Shown: positions 1-7,771, counted from the first letter of the stretch. The stretch is DNA of 13,094 nucleotides from a virus (IMGVR_UViG_2602041549_000009), one strand, 5' to 3'. Numbers and translations are program-made. Notes: a model not told the origin generated them from the letters alone.

Positions 1-239
1 CCATCATACACTAAATCAGTAAGTTGGCAGCATCACCAGTACGAGCATACGAAATGCTCCCACAGAAGTTCCGGTAACAAATCTGGACGCCCCCAGCGTG
101 GTAGCAACCACACTCATTCAAACCCTTGACTGGCGTCAGCGGAAAGCGCGCTTAATCACAGAGGCAGAAGATGGGATATTTAATGATGTGCTTGAAAGAG
201 TCATTACCCTGATTGGTGGAGAGCATCTGCTTAAGTAAA

Positions 240-262
240 AGGAGGGCTGAGAAGCCCTCAAC
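240..262 (-). terminator. Candidate intrinsic terminator after the 423-aa gene
   Basis: Stem GAGGGCT / AGCCCTC (242-248, 253-259) with a 4-nt loop, about 23 nt past the stop at 282; on the minus strand it is followed by CTTTTACTT. The T-tract is short and interrupted. Confidence 0.4.
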
Positions 263-281
263 GTTACCGGAAATTTCCTTG

Positions 282-1553
282 CTATTCTTTCCAGTCAATC
301 CCATCCAGTAAGCACCCTGCCTCATATTGCCCCACCACCCAGTCAAGGTTACAGGACTCATAGAACGCGAGGCGATTATACTGAGGCTCGTTTTTTACCA
401 GGCCACGAACGGAACCACGCTGCCAGTACAGACACAGATTGGCAAGAGGTGTGATCAATACAGCATTGTCCGGGAAAAATGGAACGGTCACAGCCGGGAG
501 ATTCCCCAGAACAGGATTTTTAATGATTTCCTCGTTAAGCAAAATTTCCTGATTCATCTGCGATGGATCAAGACGGTTTATCAAAGGCCATTGCTTACGG
601 ACCAGCGTATTGTGACTGCATACGGCCACAATGCCTTCCTGCCACTGTTCATCAATCATGGATTGCCAGGCATCCAGAACGAGCGCATCTATCGTATGGT
701 GTGTACCGCGTGTATTACTTTTCGGTGATGAAACAGAAAGGCCGCTGATAACCCTTCCCGCCGCTTCATTTCGAAACTTCTGCAACCAGCCCACGCCGCA
801 ATCATCACGCCCCGGATATGTTCCGGGATCTGATGTATCGGCATAGTGCGTACCGTTAAAACCAATCTGAATCAAATCCAGCCATTTCCGGCGTTCAAAA
901 GCAGCCCGTGCGCTTCCTTCAAGACCGTTTGCGGATGCGTGAGCATCAACATTGTCGTAGTTCAGCGCAAAATCAAAATTAACCTGCTCGCAGCGGTAGC
1001 CCCTTGAAACCAGTGAATGCGCCTGTAGTGGCGAACGGCGCTCGTGAGGTGGCGATGTACGTGCCAACGGCCCCGAAGCGTCTACCAGCACAACCCGACC
1101 TGATATATCCGTAACAGGCACGGGAGTTATTTCAGCAAGGAAATTTGCCTGCCATCCACTGGCAAGCGTTGCACTCTGGCGGGGAACGGGTTCAACTTCT
1201 GACGAATAGCGCGCAGTGTCACCGGAAAAGTGCAAATCCTTCGGATGCTTTCCGGTTATCGACTCGATAGCGCAATTGAAAACCATCTGAGCCTGTTGAT
1301 TTCGTTGTGATGCAACAGAATCAGCAGTGCAATTATAACGCTCAATGCCGTCGTTATTACCCCCACCGCTTGCAGTATGCAGGGTGTGAAGCTCAAGCTC
1401 ACGCTCCAGTTTTTGATATTCATTGTCCAGCGCGCGACGCGTCTCATTGCTTATGCTTGCTGTGTTTGCTTTCAGGCGATTCCGGGACATTAATCCCCTG
1501 AGTCGGCTCACTATATCAGCGCCGTGCAAATGTGGAGTATTCAGACCGCCCAT
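282..1553 (-). CDS. Hypothetical 423-aa protein of unknown function, translationally coupled to the upstream Psu-like gene; candidate satellite hotspot cargo
   Basis: Long minus-strand ORF. I chose the start at 1553 (MGGLNTPHLHG...) because its ATG overlaps the upstream stop as TAATG; the ORF track's 1694 start would overlap the upstream gene by 141 nt. I see no Walker A, HNH, reverse-transcriptase or other motif I can name. Confidence 0.6.
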   Translation of the reverse strand: MGGLNTPHLHGADIVSRLRGLMSRNRLKANTASISNETRRALDNEYQKLERELELHTLHTASGGGNNDGIERYNCTADSVASQRNQQAQMVFNCAIESITGKHPKDLHFSGDTARYSSEVEPVPRQSATLASGWQANFLAEITPVPVTDISGRVVLVDASGPLARTSPPHERRSPLQAHSLVSRGYRCEQVNFDFALNYDNVDAHASANGLEGSARAAFERRKWLDLIQIGFNGTHYADTSDPGTYPGRDDCGVGWLQKFRNEAAGRVISGLSVSSPKSNTRGTHHTIDALVLDAWQSMIDEQWQEGIVAVCSHNTLVRKQWPLINRLDPSQMNQEILLNEEIIKNPVLGNLPAVTVPFFPDNAVLITPLANLCLYWQRGSVRGLVKNEPQYNRLAFYESCNLDWVVGQYEAGCLLDGIDWKE

Positions 1554-2263
1554 TACTGCCACCCCCGGCAGAGTTCTCTGCCCTCCGCAAGGTCGCGCAT
1601 TTTTTCTGGATTCTGTCGCGCCGCGCTCCATTGTACAGGTGAAGGGGCGTTCCTGATTGTGCGGCTTACCGAATCCGGGAGTTTCTCCGGGCAATAACGC
1701 AGCGGGCTGGAGGTGTCGCTTTCGGTATCGTTAATCCGGCCGCGAATCATCCCGGCACTTTCAGCAGCATCTGTCGCTTTCAGTGTTTCGCATATTTTCT
1801 TTTCTGCGTTATACAGCGGCTGGCCAAGCAGCTCACATAAACCACGAATCAATAACAGAGCAGGGGTCAGCTCGTTAATCAGTTCGGGAAGTGCTTTTGC
1901 AAATATCTCTGCCCGCAACTTATTATCAATGCTTTCGTAAGCACAACCAGCCTCTGCCGCGTTATAACGACACTCCAGTAGCCTGATGCGCGCCTCATCA
2001 TGCAGCACCCGCAGACGCTCAAGATTTTCTCGCGCCACACCCGCCTGAATGGATAATTTCGCGGAGGCTTCCGTTTTTACGCCCAGCGCAGACAGGATTG
2101 AGTTCTGCCAGTCACGATCGAGAGATTCCAGCTCCCCTTTCGTCTGTTCGATAGTTGCTTCCAGATTGGTGATTAATGATTCCTGTTCACTGAGTTTTGC
2201 CATGGCTGTATCAAACTGTGCTTTACATACCTGATGTTCGGCGCTTGCCTGAGTTATATCCAT
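1553..2263 (-). CDS. psu: Psu-like (polarity suppression / capsid decoration) protein, P4 family, 236 aa
   Basis: ORF with SD AGGAG 6 nt before the ATG at 2263. Helical, coiled-coil-like composition with stretches (AQFDT near the N-terminus, ALPEL, ATDA) that resemble P4 Psu as I recall it. Lies downstream of an Ogr/Delta gene as in P4. Assignment is from memory, not alignment. Confidence 0.5.
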   Translation of the reverse strand: MDITQASAEHQVCKAQFDTAMAKLSEQESLITNLEATIEQTKGELESLDRDWQNSILSALGVKTEASAKLSIQAGVARENLERLRVLHDEARIRLLECRYNAAEAGCAYESIDNKLRAEIFAKALPELINELTPALLLIRGLCELLGQPLYNAEKKICETLKATDAAESAGMIRGRINDTESDTSSPLRYCPEKLPDSVSRTIRNAPSPVQWSAARQNPEKMRDLAEGRELCRGWQ

Positions 2264-2269
2264 TATTTG

Positions 2270-2380
2270 CTCCTGTAATACATTTTTTTACTTACGCCGA
2301 TTTTTTCCATATTGCGTAATACATTCCAGCCGATATTGTTCTCGTAATACGCTCACAATACTGTTGTATTACGCTTTCTT
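2270..2380. promoter_or_regulatory. Divergent promoter/operator region with repeated CGTAATAC (GTANTAC) sites
   Basis: Intergenic between the Psu-like gene (minus) and the plus-strand RHH-like gene. Copies at 2276-2282, 2316-2322, 2344-2350 and, inverted, 2366-2372; the last two form a perfect inverted repeat CGTAATAC-N15-GTATTACG (2343-2373). Confidence 0.5.
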
Positions 2381-2428
2381 ATATCGCGGGTGTTAAATCC
2401 CGGCATAAACAATCAGGGAGGCAACACG

Positions 2429-2662
2429 ATGAAAAAACAAAAGAAAATGCGATGCGTATTACGCTGTATTCGTATCCCGCACGAAATCGACCATAAAATA
2501 AATCAGATATGTCAGGACAGAGAGATGAACTACTCCCAGTGCGTCAGAATGTTTATCAGTCAGGGAATTAAGGCCGGGGAAACGCAGGAAGAAGACTGCA
2601 ACGGGCGCAATGTAGCGGGGGATGTGTGGGCCTGGGCAAATGACCAGAACCACACGACGTAA
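2429..2662 (+). CDS. Small ribbon-helix-helix-like DNA-binding protein (putative regulator or antitoxin-like), 77 aa
   Basis: Plus-strand ORF with strong SD GGGAGG 7 nt before the ATG at 2429 (MKKQKKMRCVLRCIRIPHEIDHKINQI...). The basic N-terminus followed by an RIPxEIDxKIN segment is RHH/CopG-like by eye. Convergent with the Ogr-like gene. Confidence 0.5.
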   Translation: MKKQKKMRCVLRCIRIPHEIDHKINQICQDREMNYSQCVRMFISQGIKAGETQEEDCNGRNVAGDVWAWANDQNHTT

Positions 2663-2712
2663 TACAGAAATAACGCAGCCGGTCACACTCGCTGGCTGTG
2701 TTATACAAATCA

Positions 2713-2895
2713 CTATGAAGTTTTCGACTTCCTGCGCTTAGTAATGCGCACAAACGACTCAAGCGTACAAAAACAGGCCCCACACTCAATATTATTGCAC
2801 TGGTAATACGTTCTGTAGATGTTTTGTTCGTGTTCTTCCAACGAACGACCACGGGTGCGGGCTGAAGCGCCACAGGCCGGGCAAGGGAAAGACAT
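2713..2895 (-). CDS. Ogr/Delta-family zinc-finger late-gene transcriptional activator, 60 aa
   Basis: Protein MSFPCPACGASARTRGRS...YYQCNNIECGACFCTLESF matches the Ogr/Delta pattern CPxC...YxQCxNxxCxxxFxTxES of P2 Ogr / P4 Delta. SD AGAGGAG 6 nt before the ATG. Confidence 0.85.
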   Translation of the reverse strand: MSFPCPACGASARTRGRSLEEHEQNIYRTYYQCNNIECGACFCTLESFVRITKRRKSKTS

Positions 2896-3160
2896 ATCAC
2901 GCTCCTCTTACTGGTGTGAAATTTAACCTATTATATCTTCTGTCGCCCCCTCTGGCTGTATCAAATAAACCCGCAGCAGTCGCCGCGTATTACGCACGGG
3001 CGCGCCGTTCCCATGCTCACTCGTCACATTCCCCGTATCAGTTCTCTCTTGCCGTAAGAACGGCTCTGGCTGGCGATAAAACTAACCCGGTCGGGGCATT
3101 CCCGTAGCCTTTAGCGTAAATGTAATTTACCCCCTGAAACGCGTGCTGTTCCCCCGTCAC

Positions 3161-3196
3161 CTGCGCACAAAAAACTCACCGTTTTTTGTGCACGCA
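3161..3196. promoter_or_regulatory. Near-perfect ~33-bp palindrome (operator-like)
   Basis: TGCGCACAAAAAAC-tcacc-GTTTTTTGTGCACGCA; the core arms CACAAAAAAC / GTTTTTTGTG are perfectly complementary. The AT-rich stem argues for a protein-binding dyad rather than a terminator. Confidence 0.4.
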
Positions 3197-3257
3197 CGAA
3201 ATCGCCCTCCGGGCGCGCCAGTACTGGGCCGGATGGGCAAAAAGTTACTCTAAAAAA

Positions 3258-3284
3258 TTGTGCAAATTTGTGCACTTTTGTGCA
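3258..3284. repeat. Three direct repeats of TTGTGCA spaced at 10 bp
   Basis: TTGTGCA at 3258-3264, 3268-3274 and 3278-3284, one helical turn apart, consistent with cooperative binding on one DNA face. Confidence 0.45.
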
Positions 3285-3508
3285 GATGAACAATAGCGTC
3301 AAAAAGAGTGCTTTTGAGAGATTTTTTATGGCAACTGCGCCGCGTGTATTACGTTTTTTACCATCCCCGCCGCGCATGTACATACTTCATTTTTCTGCCA
3401 AACAACAGGGCAACTCCCCGTGACTGACAGCCCCAAAAAATCAATGATTGATGTTGCATTTTTGTTAGAGGTCAGGCCAGTTGTTTTGGGGCTCTGCCTC
3501 ATAATCCG

Positions 3509-3827
3509 GTGGGGGGTGCGCAAAGCGGTTACAACGGTTACAACAGTCAAAAATACCACTTAACAACATGATTTTAATGGATATTGTTTGTAACCGCTTT
3601 GCGGTTACACTGCGGTTACAACGGTTACAGGTTTCAAAAAGCACTTTATTATCAATCAATTAAAAACTTAACCTGTAACCGCCTGTAACCTAACAAAACG
3701 GTTACATGTAACCGCGTTGTAACCGCTTTTGTAACTCATCCGACCAGTTATAATATATTGATATATAATACAAAAATAAGTAATTCTAAATTTGTAACCG
3801 TTGTAACCGCTTTGCGCATCCCCCCCC
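3509..3827. repeat. Palindromically organised iteron field: at least 13 copies of GGTTACA / TGTAACC flanked by a ~32-bp inverted repeat with an AT-rich centre; candidate replication origin (ori/crr-like) or recombinase arm-site cluster
   Basis: Forward GGTTACA at 3527, 3536, 3603, 3614, 3623, 3700; reverse TGTAACC at 3589, 3674, 3684, 3708, 3718, 3793, 3802. Outer inverted repeat 3511-3543 versus 3793-3827 (26 bp identical). Inner perfect 12-bp inverted repeat CGGTTACAGGTT (3622-3633) / AACCTGTAACCG (3670-3681) across an AT-rich spacer. Confidence 0.7.
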
Positions 3828-4020
3828 AAACTTTAGCGCGACCCTTTAAAATGTTAATTAAACTCACTTGCTCTGTCTCATTCTCATTAACTCTCTGTTA
3901 TTAAAATGTATCTCGTCATTATTTGACTCTTTCTGGTAATCAGGGGGGGCAAAAAATTGATGGCGGCACCACTGCAATATGGCCACCATTGCATTGCCGT
4001 TACCGTTGGTTCTGGCCAAC

Positions 4021-4050
4021 AAAAAAGGTCAGCGGGAAACTGACCTCTTT
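4021..4050 (-). terminator. Rho-independent terminator ending the primase-recombinase operon
   Basis: Stem GGTCAG / CTGACC (4027-4032, 4040-4045) with a 7-nt loop; on the minus strand it is followed by TTTTTT (4021-4026), about 25 nt past the recombinase stop at 4076. Confidence 0.7.
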
Positions 4051-4075
4051 TGCTGTGAATGTAGCGTTCTGCGGG

Positions 4076-5086
4076 TTACTCTGCTGGCTCTTTTTCTTCG
4101 GTGATCACTATGTTGGCTACCGGGTTAAATCTCATGGCATCTGCCAGGTAATCCGGTGCAAAATGCGCGTAAGTCATCGTCTGCTGAATAGTGCTGTGTC
4201 CTAGTATTTTCTGCAATGTGATGATGTTTCCACCATTAATCATAAAGTGAGTGGCAAAGGTATGCCGTAAAACATGCACAGACTGACCGACGGGTAAATC
4301 AGGCCGCACAGTCCTTATTGCACTTCTGACAGTTGCATAATTAGGTTTCATTAATCTTCCGGTCGCCTTTACTTTGACCAGTGATTCAAGATCTTTAGCG
4401 ATTGGAACGACCCGCCTTGAGCCGTTCTTTGTCTTCATAAAAATAACCTTTCCGCCAATTATGTGCTCACCTTTAATATTGGCAATCTCACCCCAGCGCC
4501 CACCTGTAGCCAGACACAACAATACAGCCTTAAGATTATCGCCAGATAAAAGCGCGGTTAGCCTGGAAATATCATCATGTGCAAGATAAGCCATTTCTGG
4601 CTGATTAATGTTTAACTTACGTATCTCGCGAAACGGGTTATTACCCGCAAACTCTTCAGCATCAATCAGCTTTTCAAAGAAACCGCTCATCATGGCACAA
4701 TAGCGATTTACTGTTGACTGTTTAATTCCACGATTCATTAATTTAAGTCGATATCTGATAATATTTTTCCGGGTTAAATGATCGCTTCTGTTTATCCCAA
4801 GTTCGCGCATATCACAAAGAACAGCTTCAATTCTTACCCGCGTCATCGCTCCATAACGATGATTCTTGCCATGATACGCCCACCATAATTCCAGAAGATC
4901 GCTTAACGCTTTACGTTCAATGGGCTTTTCGACCCACTCTTTGTTGTGGTAGTGCATCAGAACATGGCGTTCATACGCCACTGCTTCACCACGAGTATCA
5001 AATCGCCGCCTGAATCTTTTTCCTTCTGCTCCTGCAGGCCGCACGTCCACAGCAAACTTACCGTTAACCAACTTCTTTATCGTCAT
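4076..5086 (-). CDS. Tyrosine-type site-specific recombinase / integrase, about 336 aa
   Basis: C-terminal catalytic region HVLRHTFATH ... LGHSTIQQTMTYAHF (HxxR and catalytic Tyr) is typical of the phage-integrase family. The start at 5086 (MTIKKLVNGKF...) overlaps the primase stop as ATGA. Confidence 0.85.
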   Translation of the reverse strand: MTIKKLVNGKFAVDVRPAGAEGKRFRRRFDTRGEAVAYERHVLMHYHNKEWVEKPIERKALSDLLELWWAYHGKNHRYGAMTRVRIEAVLCDMRELGINRSDHLTRKNIIRYRLKLMNRGIKQSTVNRYCAMMSGFFEKLIDAEEFAGNNPFREIRKLNINQPEMAYLAHDDISRLTALLSGDNLKAVLLCLATGGRWGEIANIKGEHIIGGKVIFMKTKNGSRRVVPIAKDLESLVKVKATGRLMKPNYATVRSAIRTVRPDLPVGQSVHVLRHTFATHFMINGGNIITLQKILGHSTIQQTMTYAHFAPDYLADAMRFNPVANIVITEEKEPAE

Positions 5087-7758
5087 TTTTCGGTGACCTC
5101 CTTGTAACTGAATATCCGGCATTTCAGCACTTCCGGCTCTCTGGCTTCGGCTACTCCTTTTCCGGCGTTTGCCTGTCTGGACACCTCACTACGAATGGTT
5201 TTACGGCCTGTCAACGGTCGGGAACGCCCAGCTCCGAGCAACTCAATCATTTCGCGATCGGTTCGGATCTCCACGCGGTGAATGGCGGCAGCCTGTGCCA
5301 GTTGCGGAATACTGATAGCAATCCCTTCGCGGCATCCCTTGCCGTAATGGTTTACACCGTATTTTGTTATGCCGTCCAGGAAGTCGAACGCCTCCCAGAA
5401 CTCCATCACTTCTGGCAAGTCAGCCGCCGCCGCTTTAACCTGCGCCGTTGCCATTTGTTCCAGTTCCAGACATGTGGCATCAAGCCATTCATCCGGGATA
5501 TCGATAACGCATTTCAGCGCCCTGACCAGCGCGATAAGTTGCGCGTGATTTTTGGCAATACGGGGATGGCGAATATTTTCGCATCCGCAAAGGCGTTCCG
5601 TTTCAGCGGGCGATACCTCCAGGAACGTTTGCATAATCGCCCGTTCCTGACTTACCGCCCGGTGAATAAACCCCGATACCTTCTCGACGGGGTAGAGTTC
5701 CAGCCGTCTCGCCGCCAGTCGGGTATCAGGTGAATGGCGTTTTTTATCGGTGTATATGCGTATCAGGCGCTCAATAATTGCCGGCGAGGCATTTACCCGC
5801 GCATTCTGCGCAATCACGATAGCGCCCTTAAAATCCGGGTCATAGGTGTTGTTATTGTTGGCCTTAACCCCACGAACACCGATACCGCCACCGTTATAGA
5901 GGCTTTTCAGGTTATCGAAGTCAAACGCACCTCTTTTTTGCGCATTGTCTCCCCGGTCTGCTTCAATCAGAACAACAGGCAATCCGGCGACCTGTCCAAA
6001 GGTGCGCTTCCAGCCCGCCTCTGATCCTTTGGTTGGATCAACTCCTTCGTAGTTGTCACGACCGCACAGCCGCCAGCAAAAATCAATCAATGTTGATTTG
6101 CCCGTTCCGGGCTCTCCGGTGACTTCAAGGAAAGGGAAGGATTCTTCTTTATCCCGGATTTGTTCGCTGAACAGGGAGCCCAACCAGAAAGCCAGGGTAA
6201 TAATTCCCTTTTCACCAAAAGCCAGCCAGAGATCTTCCACCCAGGACGCTGTAAATTCATCCGGTTTTTTGTAGTTAATCTGTAATGTGGGGTTTTCGCT
6301 TAATGGTTTTGCGTTTATGCCATCAATTTCAAAATAATCCTCGTCATTGATTTCATAAGTTTTTCCCTTGTAAACAGCAATATCATTAAACAGCCATGCC
6401 CCAATCGCCTTGTTGTATCCGATAAAATCCTGACCAATAACCTCTTTTATTGCGGGAAGGTCATTTTTTATTAATGCGTCAAGCTGCGTAGTCGTTCCGG
6501 TATAAATACCGCCTTTTGCCACGTGTAACAGGCGTTTTTTAAATTCAGATGAGGATGTTAATTGTCCTGATGTAAAGGTGTTTTTCACCGTAGCACCATC
6601 CGGGAACGTAACACGGAAGTAATACCATGCTTCATCCGTGTCATTATTTCGAATGTAATAAAGCGGCGCTGGGTTACAGTTTGCGATTTCTTTTACTGCA
6701 CCAGATTCCTTAAGTGCAATTTTGCGCGCTTCATCCTCATCAACATTTCGCTCATTAATGACACGCTCAACAGCCTTCATATGGCGCTCAATGTCCAGCT
6801 TGAACCAGAAAACACGGTTATCAAAAGTAAAATGAAATTCCTTCCGCTCACGAAAGGAAAACATTATTAGTGCCTTATCTCTTGGAGATTTCGCCAGCAA
6901 TAAATCACCGTAATAACGGTATCTTTTCACATCATGGCCACGCAGCTTTCCGGCGATGTGTAAATCATTCCAGTCGCGTTTATTGTTGTTTTTACCTGGC
7001 AACGCCGCTGCCGTTCTCCAGCCGTCTTCGGCGCTGCGTTCTGCATGTTTTTTCGCGTAACGCTCACCTGCACGCCCGTTATCCAGCGCCCACACGATAA
7101 CCGGACGGGGATTATCCCCGCACAGCTTCGCCAGCTCTTCCAGTGCCTTATCAGGGTAGTTCACGGCAGACATGACAGAAACGGCCGCAATGCCATTCTG
7201 GTTAAGGCTGATGGCATCAAAGATACCCTCACAAATCCAGATTTCTTTGGCCTTGCTTAAATCTGCTCCCGGATAAGCCCACCACAACCCCTTGTAGCTG
7301 CCGGAAAAATTCGCCTTCCGTTCGAAGCGTTCCGGTCGGTCTATGATGCGCTCCCACCACACGTCGTCAGCCAGCGTAAAACGCACAGTAGCGGCCTGTT
7401 CGCCGCTTTCCTTGTCTTTGTATCGCTCCTGGGTAAATACCCCCTTCAGTGGCTCTGTAGCAATATTGCGTGCCTCCAGGAGATAAGCTGCCGCCGCTGC
7501 GTATGGTTCATCTTTCGTACTGATATAGCGATCTGACCATGATGAAAACACATCCGGGTAAAGTTCTTTAGTCAGCAGGTCTGTACCGCATTTATTTTCA
7601 CGCCCGCAGTGTACGATGTACGGCCTTTCAAGGCTGGTAAACAACTCTTTCTTTCCACATTGCGGACAAACACCATACCGGAGGTAGTTATTTTCTTCTT
7701 TGAAGTTGTAATCACGGATAAGACGGTTAATAATCTCTTTTCTGATGTCAGATTTCAT
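5083..7758 (-). CDS. P4 alpha-like primase-helicase (zinc-binding N-terminus, TOPRIM-like motif, C-terminal P-loop NTPase), about 891 aa
   Basis: N-terminal CPQCGKK...HCGRENKCG zinc-ribbon-like motif; WICEGIFDAISL (EGxxD TOPRIM signature); Walker A GEPGTGKST and Walker-B-like VVLIEADRGD. Start placed at 7758 (MKSDIRK...) because SD GGAG sits 8 nt upstream; the ORF track's 7782 start lies inside the upstream hairpin. Confidence 0.85.
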   Translation of the reverse strand: MKSDIRKEIINRLIRDYNFKEENNYLRYGVCPQCGKKELFTSLERPYIVHCGRENKCGTDLLTKELYPDVFSSWSDRYISTKDEPYAAAAAYLLEARNIATEPLKGVFTQERYKDKESGEQAATVRFTLADDVWWERIIDRPERFERKANFSGSYKGLWWAYPGADLSKAKEIWICEGIFDAISLNQNGIAAVSVMSAVNYPDKALEELAKLCGDNPRPVIVWALDNGRAGERYAKKHAERSAEDGWRTAAALPGKNNNKRDWNDLHIAGKLRGHDVKRYRYYGDLLLAKSPRDKALIMFSFRERKEFHFTFDNRVFWFKLDIERHMKAVERVINERNVDEDEARKIALKESGAVKEIANCNPAPLYYIRNNDTDEAWYYFRVTFPDGATVKNTFTSGQLTSSSEFKKRLLHVAKGGIYTGTTTQLDALIKNDLPAIKEVIGQDFIGYNKAIGAWLFNDIAVYKGKTYEINDEDYFEIDGINAKPLSENPTLQINYKKPDEFTASWVEDLWLAFGEKGIITLAFWLGSLFSEQIRDKEESFPFLEVTGEPGTGKSTLIDFCWRLCGRDNYEGVDPTKGSEAGWKRTFGQVAGLPVVLIEADRGDNAQKRGAFDFDNLKSLYNGGGIGVRGVKANNNNTYDPDFKGAIVIAQNARVNASPAIIERLIRIYTDKKRHSPDTRLAARRLELYPVEKVSGFIHRAVSQERAIMQTFLEVSPAETERLCGCENIRHPRIAKNHAQLIALVRALKCVIDIPDEWLDATCLELEQMATAQVKAAAADLPEVMEFWEAFDFLDGITKYGVNHYGKGCREGIAISIPQLAQAAAIHRVEIRTDREMIELLGAGRSRPLTGRKTIRSEVSRQANAGKGVAEAREPEVLKCRIFSYKEVTEK

Positions 7759-7771
7759 ATATAAAACTCCA

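Noticed and set aside
152-361. 69-aa minus-strand ORF
   Set aside because: It overlaps the 3' end of the 423-aa gene and its terminator hairpin, and has no RBS.
282-1694. Full 470-aa version of the hotspot ORF starting at 1694
   Set aside because: It would overlap the Psu-like gene by 141 nt in another frame; the in-frame ATG at 1553 overlapping the upstream stop (TAATG) is a more plausible coupled start, though this remains uncertain.
2459-2900. Minus-strand ORFs 2459-2713 and 2568-2900
   Set aside because: They overlap the better-supported RHH-like (plus) and Ogr/Delta (minus) genes in other frames and have no motifs or RBS.
3509-3827. Possible CRISPR array, given the many short repeats
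   Set aside because: Repeat units are only 7-9 bp, in mixed orientation, with irregular spacing and no uniform spacers; this fits iterons/inverted repeats, not CRISPR.
3111-4204. ORFs 3111-3383, 3326-3559, 3465-3659 (minus) and 3923-4204 (plus)
   Set aside because: They sit in the repeat-rich non-coding region or antisense to the recombinase, are low-complexity or Cys/Trp-rich, and lack RBSs.
5278-7260. Plus-strand ORFs of 71-151 aa (5278-5733, 5734-6024, 6053-6274, 6870-7100, 7045-7260)
   Set aside because: All lie antisense inside the well-supported primase-helicase gene, lack RBSs and have biased composition typical of shadow ORFs.
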